Below are positions 1 to 10,033 of a DNA stretch of 64,000 nucleotides, piece after piece. The notes under the pieces were generated by a model. The model saw only the letters and a program-made list of their open reading frames with translations, was not told the DNA's origin and made no database searches. How positions within the stretch are numbered: position 1 is the first letter of the stretch; each line of letters opens with the position of its first letter. Made by a program: the position numbers and the translations under genes. Source of the stretch: Amoebophrya sp. A120 (Eukaryota > Protista > Dinoflagellata); assembly GCA_905178155.1 (NCBI GenBank), contig CAJINV010000011.1, positions 196,154 through 260,153 on the forward strand, written 5' to 3'.

Positions 1-120
1 CAGCTCGCCGGAGACACAAATCTGTGTTGCGTGGGCGCGCATCTGTGTTGCGCGCAACACAAAGCAGTGTTGCGCGCAGCTCGCTGCCGACACAGATCTG
101 TGCTGCGTGGACGCAATCGG
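1..120. repeat. End of a degenerate tandem repeat
   Basis: cagctcgc.g..gacaca.atctgtg.tgcgtgg recurs at 1 and ~77. Confidence 0.5.
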
Positions 121-384
121 AGCTCCAGGGGGCCTCGTGAGAGTTTGCGCCTGTCTGTGAGATAGAAAGAGGTCGGGGCTCCAATGCTGCATTTTTCTCC
201 AGCCACGGCCTGCGTTTCCTCAACCCAAGCAAAACACACTTGGGAAATAGAGACAAATTCGCGCAAAATTTGGATCAGCCCCCGCTTGGTCAAGCCGAGC
301 GGGGGCTTTTTGCGCAACCCCTTGGCTTCGCGAGTCCCTTGCTTGCAAGCCCCCTGCTAATAGATTGGGCCATAGGCGACGCAC

Positions 385-1335
385 GCTCGCCCCACCCCCT
401 CCCCCCCCGCTTGGCAGGTGGGCTGGTAGGTCGGTAGGCGTGGCNNNNNNNNNNNNNNNNNNNNNNNNNNNNNNNNNNNNNNNNNNNNNNNNNNNNNNNN
501 NNNNNNNNNNNNNNNNNNNNNNNNNNNNNNNNNNNNNNNNNNNNNNNNNNNNNNNNNNNNNNNNNNNNNNNNNNNNNNNNNNNNNNNNNNNNNNNNNNNN
601 NNNNNNNNNNNNNNNNNNNNNNNNNNNNNNNNNNNNNNNNNNNNNNNNNNNNNNNNNNNNNNNNNNNNNNNNNNNNNNNNNNNNNNNNNNNNNNNNNNNN
701 NNNNNNNNNNNNNNNNNNNNNNNNNNNNNNNNNNNNNNNNNNNNNNNNNNNNNNNNNNNNNNNNNNNNNNNNNNNNNNNNNNNNNNNNNNNNNNNNNNNN
801 NNNNNNNNNNNNNNNNNNNNNNNNNNNNNNNNNNNNNNNNNNNNNNNNNNNNNNNNNNNNNNNNNNNNNNNNNNNNNNNNNNNNNNNNNNNNNNNNNNNN
901 NNNNNNNNNNNNNNNNNNNNNNNNNNNNNNNNNNNNNNNNNNNNNNNNNNNNNNNNNNNNNNNNNNNNNNNNNNNNNNNNNNNNNNNNNNNNNNNNNNNN
1001 NNNNNNNNNNNNNNNNNNNNNNNNNNNNNNNNNNNNNNNNNNNNNNNNNNNNNNNNNNNNNNNNNNNNNNNNNNNNNNNNNNNNNNNNNNNNNNNNNNNN
1101 NNNCCTCGCCCCACCCACCCACCAGGCTGGTGGGTCGGTAGGTCGGTAGGCGTGGCCAATAGGCAGCGCGCGCTCCCTCGCCCCACCTACCCACCATGTG
1201 GGTGGGTAGGTCGGTAGGCGTGACCAGTAGGCAGCTGTCTCTGGGTGGCAAGGGATAGGTAGGTAGGTGGATCGGTGCGATCACGGTACTACAATGAATC
1301 GAAAAGACGCCAGGTAGGTGGGTAGGTAGGCAGCT
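385..1335. repeat. (GGTA)n-rich minisatellite flanking N gap 445-1103
   Basis: ggtaggtcggtaggcgtg recurs on both sides of the gap. Confidence 0.7.
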
Positions 1336-1592
1336 TCAACAGTAATAATAGATGAATCTCAGAAAAACACAAAACACAATGGAGCGGGTTCGGTCAATTG
1401 TCGTCTGTCCAAAACCAACCAACCGACCGACCAACCGACCGGAATTTAGGCCTACAGGCCCACGCCTATTGTAACAAGAGCACTATGCAACAAAGCAGGG
1501 GGTGCCACTGCAGCGACTACGATCTGCGTCGCCTGTGACTGATGCTCAACCTCAAAAGCGACGAATCAATATGTTTCTTTGTAGAAATATAC

Positions 1593-2855
1593 CTTCAGCG
1601 AGAAACTCTTGGCGTACTGCTCCGCAGTCGTTATCGCGTTCGCGAAGAGCACATTCGAGCCAGACGACGATGCGCCGGATGCGCTTCTATGCATTGCAAA
1701 AGCATCGCTTCTGTACTAGTACAACAAGTTGCATACCCAATTTTTCTTCTAAACCCAGAGTCGAGGCATCTTCTTATGCTAGATCGCTTGGAAGGTTAGA
1801 TTTGTCATGCATGGTTGATGATAAGATTACAACGAGTTGTACAGGAGCATCACTTTTGCAGTGGATAGCTGCCGGCGGCACTGGATGTTGCACTGGATGA
1901 TGAGCTACCAGACGCCGACGCGGAACTAGAAGTCCCGGACGACGCTGCTGCTCCGGCCTGCAGGATGACACTTGCGCTCGACCCGGCCTGGTGCCCAGGG
2001 CCGGTAGATAGAGACGACTTGTTGATTACTGCAGCTGCGGTTCCGCCACCACTTGTGCTCATGTCCTTGGAGTTTTTTGGGGAAGAGCTGTGACTTATCC
2101 TACGTAAAAACATCCCCACCCCAGAGTCAAGATGGGAAATCCGCTAGACAAATCAACCAGCTTTGGTTGTTTCGCATGACAAATTTGGCCCCGTAGTGTA
2201 ATCCTGTTTCGCTAGCTGCAGCAGCATCACAGATCTAGCATATCATGCTGATTTGCGCATCACAAACTCCAAAACAGGACAGGGAAATGCTTCGCATGGG
2301 GCTCCGAATGAGAAACATTTTTGGCATGCAGATTCGCATAACAACTCTGGGGTGGGGATGTAGTTTTTACTCAGAATATGGCTGCGGGCAGAAAGATACC
2401 CGTTTCCACCGGATCCGGTGACCGGCAATTTCCCGTTCTTCGCCCCCGCTGTCGTAGTTACTGTCCGCAGTTTGGGAGCTTTTCGATCAGAGGTATCCTG
2501 TGCAAACGTATCGTACTCGTAGTAATTGCATTTATGCATTACAAATCTTTCTCGCAAGGTAAATCAGCATTACAAATTCAATTTATAATGCTGGGCTAAT
2601 TTGTAATGCAATCTATACTAGTACGATGCTTTTGCAGTTCATAAGAGGATGGATTCTCGCCTAGCGGCGATCCGCGCTTGAGGTTATAATTTGCGGACGT
2701 GGTCGTTTTCTTGTTGTTCGCCCCCGGAGGACTCCTGCTGGCAGGTGGATGTTGCAGTTGCAGTGATGTTGACTTGTCTTGTCCGTCCTTGCCACCTGGT
2801 AGTTGTTCATAATAAGTTGTTCGTCGTAGTGGTGGTGGTGGTGTTAATGCACGAA
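1593..2855 (-). CDS. Low-complexity coding exons, either a separate gene or an alternative 3' part of the fusion gene; continues leftward
   Basis: One frame stays open across three introners (exons ~2855-2644, 2488-2379, 2090-1868, 1682-1593) and ends at a canonical donor AAG|GTATAT. No domain recognised and the 5' connection is unresolved. Confidence 0.5.
1688..1867. mobile_element. Introner, family B
   Basis: TIR tatgcattgcaaaag...cttttgcagtggata; DR gcttc/gctgc. Confidence 0.8.
2096..2378. mobile_element. Introner, family A
   Basis: TIR tatcctacgtaaaaacatccccaccccagag; DR tgact/tggct; homologous to 9663-9945 over its full length. Confidence 0.88.
2494..2643. mobile_element. Introner, family B
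   Basis: TIR tatcctgtgcaaacgtatcgtact; exact DR agagg. Confidence 0.88.
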
Positions 2856-5800
2856 TTCATCGTAGTATCGACGTAGTTTTACGCACAGGAGCAGAGAACC
2901 GATGTACATGACGAAGAGGGGACCAAAGACAAAAAGCGTGCGAGTATTTGATGTAGTACCAGCAGCGGCAGCGGATTTTTTCGCGGATGTCTTCTGCATT
3001 TTCTGGTGATCATGATCTTCCTGATCTTGATGTTCCTGGTCGACGCACAGTACGTACCGGATTCGCTGTGGCGCGTATGCATTTCAATCATGATGCCCGG
3101 TCCTGGCACAATAAGTTCCACCTCTTAGGCGGTTTATAAATATTCTCGGCTTGTGGTACTATTGCCTGCAGCTGCATTATATTCTGTCATGCATCTTCAC
3201 AAGTTGCAACCCTCCTCCCCAGAACCAGACATTTTTGCACTCGATACCACATCCTTGGTGCTGATCTCGCTATCCCGCAAGGTGTCCAGGCACCGTATGG
3301 GATTTCCAACAGTTACATTCTCCACTGTTGCATGGTTTGTCATGCAGAATTTTCATCAGCATCTCGCAGCATCAAGCTGCCTCGCATGACAATTTCTCGA
3401 CGCCCTAGGTAGCAATAGAATCCGCGCCAAACTTGTAATGCAGGAGGTGCAAAAATCTTCTCGTTCTCCCTTTCGCTTTCACTTTTGCCATTCTTGCATT
3501 GCAAATTCACGTAACAGCTCAGAATGTAACGTTTGAACACTCCATATACCGTTCGAAATATGTGTCATCGGGGTAGCCGTGGTATTGCTGCCCACCCGAA
3601 GGTATGCATTGCAAACATACTTCTATCACACTCGTGTACATTCAATTTGGAGAAGTGATTTGGAGATAGTCATTTGTCATGCACACGTCGATTGCGACAA
3701 TGTTCATGTTGTACACGAGAGTTCTTTTGCGATACTTTTGCAGAGCATACACGGCGAAGTTTTTAAATGCACGTTGAATGTTGGGCCCAGAGTGCCCGTC
3801 GTCATCCGCGTCCCGAAGCCGAACATCACGCGCCGCTTGAAGGCGACCTTGAAAAGCTCCAACAGCATGATGCCCCAGTAGTTGTAGGGTAAGTAGCACC
3901 GCTCCGTCCGTGCCGCAAAGCTGGCGTTGGTGGTCGGGTGCCGACCTTGTTTGAACGAGAACAACACCAGAATGGAGCCGCCGAAGCCGGTCTCCCCCAC
4001 GAGACTCTGGCTTGTCCACTGCCAGGACATGGTGCCGTGTCGCGGTTGCTGCCCGACCACGATTCCCACGGGGGCCTTGCAGACGGGACACGTCCGTTTC
4101 TCCTCGAACCACTTGAACAGACAGGCCTTATGGAACACGTGGCCGCAGTATGACAGTGCACAACTCCCCCTCCCCCTCATTTGTATAGCATGAACAGCAA
4201 CACAAGCGCTGGCAAAGATGCAGCTTTTGCATGACAAATTCCGAGAGGCTTGTAGTGCTGTTTTGGATTCCGGAATCTGTCATGCAAACAGTACTAACAG
4301 GCATAGGGTGGATTTCGAAATTCGCATGACAAATGAGGGGGAGGGGGGGTTGTGCACTGTCATACGCAGGTTTTCAGCTTGAACGCCGGTTCGGGGTCGT
4401 CCATGTGGCAGACCAGGCAGTTTTGTCCGTCTGGGAGGCTGGGCAAGTCCTCGCCGATCTCCGCGGCAACGAGCTGACCTTCGCCCTCCAGCTCGCCGGG
4501 AATCGTGATGCGGCCATGATCGGTGTAAACCTTGGTTGCGTGGAAGGGATCAGAGGTTTTACCAGTAGTAGAAGCACTTGCTGTTGCACCACCACCGCTG
4601 GAGAAGAAAGAATTTCCGGCGCTCGAACTGCTGCTACTTCCAGGGCCGATGTTGAACGTGTTTGCAGCTGCGCTGGAGGTCGTGCCGCCGAAGATCGACG
4701 CGAGAAAGCCGCCAGTTGTACCTGTCGCATTGCCCACCGTAGAACCCTTTTGCACGCAGATCAGCGGCCTGGCCTTGAATTCCTCGAGGCGGTGAAATTG
4801 CCCAAAAGCCGCCCCCGACGAGTCCGTTTCGGCCCAGATTGTTCCGTCGCCCATCGCCTGCAACGTCGCCCCCTCTCGCAGGACCTTCCGCACCGTGGTG
4901 CCGCCGCGCTCAAACTTATCCAGGTTCTCAATCAGGTAGAAGACACCGTTGGAGAACTTCGTCCCGCTTTTCCCGGCGTGGCTCGACAGCGCTCCTGCTC
5001 CGGAGCTAGTACTTCCGAACAAAGTAGTAGACCAGGTTGATGGCCCTGCGCTGGAACTGCTGGAACTGAAGGTGGAAGTGGAGCTACTATTTGCGGCGCT
5101 TGTACCACCTCCCCCAGTGCCCCGGTGGACTCCTGACGTGATCCGCGAAACCAAGGGGTCGGTTGGCGAAACGGGGGTGCCCGTCTCGACCAATAGGCTT
5201 GACGGTCGCGGGTTCACCGCCAGGCCGATCAGCACCAGGTAGTCGCACCAGTCCGGCCGGGCGTCGGGCAGCATACTCGGCTGGAGGAAAACATCCCAGA
5301 TGTCGGCACCATTCTGCACCGCCGATTGCGACCAGACGGCGCCCTTCGGGGCAAACGCAACGCGGTGCGCGGCGGATTGCAAGCGGATCTTCGGTGGCTA
5401 TGAATTGCAGAAGTATCGCACTCTACGAGTGACTCGTAGTAATTGCTTTATGCATCACAAATCTCGTCTGTCTTATTCTTAAGTTGTTGAATCCGCATTA
5501 CAAAGTTCATTCCTCTTTCTGGGTAATTTTGTATTCGCAATTTCTATATAGTACGAAATACTCTTGCACGGGATAGTGGCGTCGCCGGGACAGCTGAAGT
5601 CCGGGCAGTGGTGGTATTCATCGTCAGCGCCTTCGCTGCCGCAGCATTCACGAGCTTCTCCAGCTCCTCCGTCTTGACCTGAAACTCGGCGGGAAAAATC
5701 TTCTCGGCTTTCTTGCTCTTGCTTTTGCCCCCACGAGTGTAGGTCAAAAGCCGTGCCTTCGCGTGTTCGGTTCCGGCAGCGTCCTTGTGCGCCAGGAGCC

Positions 5801-8800
5801 CCAGGATGCCTTGGTCGGCGAAGGTTTCGTACGTGGGAAGGGCCACGTTCCCCTGCCGCTCGTGGTCCAGGAGCTTCTTATCAAATGTAAAAATGTCTGG
5901 GTCTGGAAATTTGTGATGCTGTGTGGCATATCATGAGGAGGCCACAACTGCTGGCTCAGCATGACAAGTTTCTGAGCTTCTAGGTGTTGCCTATTCTGCA
6001 TGACAAACTACGTTTCTGCATGACAGAAAAGTGGGGCTCTTTNNNNNNNNNNNNNNNNNNNNNNNNNNNNNNNNNNNNNNNNNNNNNNNNNNNNNNNNNN
6101 NNNNNNNNNNNNNNNNNNNNNNNNNNNNNNNNNNNNNNNNNNNNNNNNNNNNNNNNNNNNNNNNNNNNNNNNNNNNNNNNNNNNNNNNNNNNNNNNNNNN
6201 NNNNNNNNNNNNNNNNNNNNNNNNNNNNNNNNNNNNNNNNNNNNNNNNNNNNNNNNNNNNNNNNNNNNNNNNNNNNNNNNNNNNNNNNNNNNNNNNNNNN
6301 NNNNNNNNNNNNNNNNNTCTGCATCACAGAAAAACGGAGCTCTTGGGTAACGTGCATGACAGATTTTAGAGTCATGCCAGACAAGCATGACAAACATGAA
6401 TTCTTCCAGACCCAGACATTTTTACAGTTGATAAACAGGTATGCATTGCAAAAGAATGATCGTACTAGTAGGAAATATGATCGCATGGCAAGTTTTGTTC
6501 TCAGCATGAGAAATGGAATTTGTAATGCGGGTTTAGGTTTACCTGAAGTAGACTGGGATTTGTAATGCATGCCAACGATTATTTACTACGAGTGTACGAC
6601 GAGTACGATACTTTTGCTGTGCATAACAGGGCGGACGCCTCCTCGTTCACCTCGCAGGACGCGAATATGTGAAACGGCGCGATGACGTATCCAAGAAAAA
6701 AACACCATCGCAATCACATTTAGGAGGTTTTGCATCAGAAATTTGTCTCGCATGACAAATTTTTCTTGTATTGCAAAAACACAAAGGCAAATCGCCCATA
6801 ACTCTTGACTGTGATGCTGATGCATTTTTGCGCATGACAAAACTTTTTGTATTGCAAAAATGTGCAAAAGTGGTTGTGATTGTGTTTTTTTCTTGAATAT
6901 GACGCAGTTGTCGCGGTTCAACCGCAGGAGATTCTGCTGCTGCCAGTCCGCCGCGCCAGCTGCAACAACGCCTGCAATCCTCGATGGGGCGTTCTTGGCG
7001 TGGTCCGGCGTGACCGCCATCCAGATGTCGCGTCCACGGTGCACGTTTACTCCTCCAGACAACCCACCATTTTTCCGCTCGAAGCGGTGCGTACCGCCCC
7101 GGACGATGGTCTCGACGTCTAGTTCCACGACAAAGTCCGCATAACCGCCTCCCCGAGCACTACCGTAGTTGTTGGCGAGAACCTGGTCTTTGGTGACAAA
7201 GGCGGGGTTTATACTGAGCAAAAGTTGTATCATACTCGTACTATGTTTTTGCAATCATGCGTTACAAATCCAAATCCCTTTTACAAGAGCAAGGTGAACA
7301 ATCTGAATGCACAGATTTCATTTCTTGGAGAAAAAAATGCTGACCACAAAATTTGTCATGCGGTAGTCTCTACGAGTTCAATAATTTCGCACAACAGGAT
7401 AGGGTGTACAGCGGTGCAGTAGATCCCGGGCCCATGCTATAACAGTGCACAACCCCCCCTCTCCCTCATTTGTCATGCGAATTCCCAAATCTAGTCTCCT
7501 CGCTCTCTTTCCTGGCACTTTTTGCATGACAAGTTCTGGTAGCCCAACTAGCACTACACTCCACTGTAAATCTGTCTTGCAGAGCCGGCGTTCTTGGTGA
7601 TGCTTGTATTGCCGTTCATGCTATACAAGTGAGGGGGGGGAGGTTGTGCACTGTCATACGTACGCGCCACTGACGGAGGGGAGGAGTACCAAGGACTCCT
7701 TGATTTTTTTCGCTTTGCTATGCAAGAAAAAAACTGTGTTAGTGTAAGTTTGTGATGCAGAAAATGTAAAACCGTGACACTTGTCATGCTAGCTAGCCAT
7801 GCGGCGCTATTTCGTGCGTGATCTCGTCACGTACTGGGTGCGCATGACAAACTTTCTCCGTCATGCGAGACAGATTTGTCATGCTGTGACCACAAGACCG
7901 CTACACTAACACAGTTTTTTTCTTGGATAGGTGCTGTGTGTGGTGTAGTGGTAGAGCTTGCGCGGACGGCCCGAGCTGCCGTCATCCGGGTTCATTGCCG
8001 AGATCTGCTGGGCCGTCGGCGCCGTGGCCGGGCGGGCTGTGCTGGCATTCGCAGAAGTACTCGCTGCTTCATGAAAGTCCACAACTCCCCCTCGTCCTAC
8101 TCATTTCTCATAACAATAAATTCCGGAAGTTCAAACAACACCAAAATAGGCCTACCGAATTGTGTCATGCATAGGCTCCACCTGCGCTGGCGTTTGTCTT
8201 GCTGTTCATGCAGCGATACAAATAAGGAGAGCGAGGTCGGGTTGTGCACCCTCATATCCTTGCATGCCCGTGGAATTGGCAGTGTCGGTCGCGTCCATCG
8301 CGTCGTCAAAGCTGATATTTTATCAAAAGGAAAAGCATCGCTTTCGTATGAATGCAAGTCTTGCATATACAAACCTCGTTCTCAAGGCAAATCAGCATGA
8401 CTCATTTTATTTCTTTTGCTGAGGAAAAAATTGAAATTTGTGATGCAATGGCTTCTAGTACGATACTTTATTTGCAATTCATATATTTTCTTTCGGGTCG
8501 GACAGCACTGAGCGCATCGTTTGCAGCACCGACTTATCAAATGTAAAAATGTCTGGGTCTGGAAGAGTGCACGTTTGTCATGCTTGTCTGGCATGACTCC
8601 CAATTCTGTCATGCATGTTACCCAAGAGCGCCATGTTTCTGTCTTGCAGAAACACAGTTTGTCATGCAGAATAGGCAACACCTACAAGCTCAGACATTTG
8701 TCATGCTGGGCCAGCACTTGTGGCCTCCTCACGATACGCCGCTCAGCATTACAAGTTTCCAGACCCAGACATTTTTGCACTTGATACGACTCCAGGTTGT

Positions 8801-10033
8801 GGGTCGGCGACCACATGTCCGAGATCAGCCGTTTATCGAAAGGAAAAATCCCCCCTCCACAAGTCAAAACGGAACTTCTGCTGCTGGATTTGTGTACACG
8901 ACAAATGCGCTTTGTATTGCAGGAAGACACTGCAGCGGCCAGATCCCCAGCCTAGGTAGGGGCGTTTGGGTCTAGTTGTTCAGCATTGCAAACGGCTGCT
9001 CCTCAGGCCCAGCAGCATGGCAAATCGCTTCCATAATGGGACGGAAGAGTCTGCCCTTGCAAGACAAATGTGATTGGTGGCCACAAATCAGCAACACAAA
9101 TTTTCGGAAACATACCTTTTCAAAATGGGGAGGGGAAGTTTTTCCTTTCAATAACGCTGGCAGATTTTGCCGTCCGTGTCGACGTTGGGGTGGAAAATCG
9201 GATCCGAGAACCGCGCTTCTATGGCCTTCTCAACTGTTACACTCTAAACTGTTACATGATGAGTTTGTGATGCAAGAATGGCAAGAGTGAAAGTGGGAAG
9301 GTTGCGCCTTTTGCATTACAGGTTTGGAGCACAGCATAATGCTTATGCTATCTAGCGCGTCGAGAACTTGTCATGCGGAGGAGGAAAAGTGCTAGTGTTT
9401 TTGCATGACAAATCATGTAACACCAGTTGAGAATGTAACGTTTGAGAACCCCATAGCCTCCAACGGCTCCATCGGGTAGGTTCGGGGGACAAGAAGCTCG
9501 ACCTCGAACACGCCGCACTCCCATTCCGTGGAGAGGGGACCCTGGATGTAAGCGGTAACCCGGTACTGGCCGTCTGCCTCGGCTGCAGAAGAAGACCCCG
9601 GCTTTGGCAGCAGCGCAAACTGCTCCGGGTCGACCCACACGCCGTCCGCGACGAGCGTGCAGTATCCTATGTAAAAACGTTCCCACCCCATAGTCAAGAT
9701 GGGGAATCGGCCCGACAAATCCACAAGTTTTGGCTGCTTCGCATGACAGATTTCAACTATTGGTGCAGTGCTGTGTAGTGAGCTAGGTCAACAGCATCAC
9801 AGATCTAGGATGTCACGCAGATTGGAGCATGACAAACTCCAGAACACGACTAGAAAATGCTTCTCATGGAGCTCCGCATGGGAAACATTTCCAGCATGCA
9901 GACTTGCATTGCAACTATGGGTTGGGGACGCTTTTAAATACGATATGCACGGGGTCTGCTTCAGTTTGTCGCCTTCCTTCATCAGCCGCCGGTGGGCGTA
10001 GCCCACGCCACCCGGGTTTATCTTTGACGCCAT
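2844..10033 (-). CDS. Multi-exon E2(UBC) + HYD1-type ADP-ribosyltransferase + Deltex RING-H2/DTC fusion protein, ~1056 aa
   Basis: Exons (upstream DR copy kept): 10033-9946, 9657-9456, 9214-9154, 8828-8787, 8529-8484, 8315-8257, 8064-7930, 7713-7659, 7432-7402, 7204-6900, 6682-6626, 6434, [~46 nt in N gap], 5873-5576, 5393-4365, 4143-3750, 3597-3547, 3290-3247, 3070-2844. Every visible junction keeps the frame. Restored motifs: UBC (GPLSTEWECGVF...YPMEP...IFHPNVDTDGKICQRLISDMWSP); ART (LYHYT...GAYGPGIYCT...NNYG...RDIW); RING-H2 (CLVC...CGHVFHKAC...CPVC); DTC (GQQP.GTM...CYLP...AF.RR.MF.FG...HLKTS..GG...HGYPD). The last junction and the C-terminus are uncertain. Confidence 0.8.
3076..3246. mobile_element. 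Degenerate introner, family C
   Basis: Right end clearly family C (ccagacatttttgcactcgata); left end decayed; DR matches only 2/5. Confidence 0.55.
3296..3546. mobile_element. Introner, family D
   Basis: TIR tatgggatttccaacagttacattct; DR caccg/taccg; interrupts the DTC C-terminus. Confidence 0.88.
3603..3749. mobile_element. Introner, family B
   Basis: tatgcattgcaaa...tttgcagagcata; DR gaagg/cacgg; removal restores HLKTSPxGG..HGYPD. Confidence 0.85.
4149..4364. mobile_element. Introner, family E
   Basis: ~35-bp TIR tatgacagtgcacaac.ccccctccccctcatttgt; exact DR cgcag; splits the RING at C|GH. Confidence 0.93.
5399..5575. mobile_element. Introner, family B
   Basis: tatgaattgcagaagtatcg...atactcttgcacgggata; exact DR gtggc. 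Confidence 0.9.
5879..6042. mobile_element. Introner, family C, left part (runs into N gap)
   Basis: Colinear with the first 164 nt of the reverse complement of 8535-8786. Confidence 0.85.
6318..6433. mobile_element. Introner, family C, right part of a second copy (emerges from N gap)
   Basis: Matches the last 116 nt of the reverse complement of 8535-8786. The region shared with the 5879 copy differs in sequence, so these are two copies. Confidence 0.8.
6440..6625. mobile_element. Introner, family B
   Basis: tatgcattgcaaaag...cttttgctgtgcata; exact DR acagg. Confidence 0.9.
6688..6899. mobile_element. Introner, family G
   Basis: tatccaagaaaaaaacac...gtgttttttcttgaata; exact DR tgacg. Confidence 0.9.
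7210..7401. mobile_element. Introner, family B (diverged)
   Basis: tatactgagc...acaacaggata; DR gggtt/gggtg; in frame within the ART domain. Confidence 0.82.
7438..7658. mobile_element. Introner, family E
   Basis: TIR tataacagtgcacaacc; DR catgc/cgtac; removal restores GAYGPGIYCT; opposite orientation to 4149-4364. Confidence 0.9.
7719..7929. mobile_element. Introner, family G
   Basis: TIR tatgcaagaaaaaaactgtgttagtgta; DR tttgc/ggtgc. Confidence 0.87.
8070..8256. mobile_element. Introner, family E (diverged)
   Basis: catgaaagtccacaact...ggttgtgcaccctcata; DR tgctt/tcctt. Confidence 0.82.
8321..8483. mobile_element. Introner, family B
   Basis: tatcaaaagg...tttgcaattcata; exact DR tattt. 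Confidence 0.87.
8535..8786. mobile_element. Introner, family C
   Basis: 30-bp TIR tatcaa.tg.aaaaatgtctgggtctggaa; exact DR cgact. Confidence 0.93.
8834..9153. mobile_element. Introner, family F
   Basis: TIR tatcgaaaggaaaaatccccc; DR ccgtt/acgct; homologous to 60998-61319 over its full length; inserted two codons after the E2 catalytic Cys. Confidence 0.92.
9220..9455. mobile_element. Introner, family D
   Basis: tatggccttctcaactgttacactct...agaatgtaacgtttgagaaccccata; DR gcttc/gcctc. Confidence 0.9.
9663..9945. mobile_element. Introner, family A
   Basis: TIR tatcctatgtaaaaacgttcccaccccatagt; DR tgcag/tgcac. Confidence 0.9.

Noticed and set aside
220-1284. Long ORFs spanning N runs (also 5980-6570 and 11562-12491)
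   Set aside because: Artefacts of translating assembly gaps.
1688-9945. Repeat-spacer-like alternation resembling a CRISPR array or integron cassettes
   Set aside because: The repeats are inverted pairs from several families, the 'spacers' are in-frame exons of a eukaryotic gene, and no cas or integrase gene is present.
2844-10033. Pseudogene destroyed by MITE insertions
   Set aside because: All visible junctions restore the frame, exons have no stops, and catalytic residues are kept despite element divergence.
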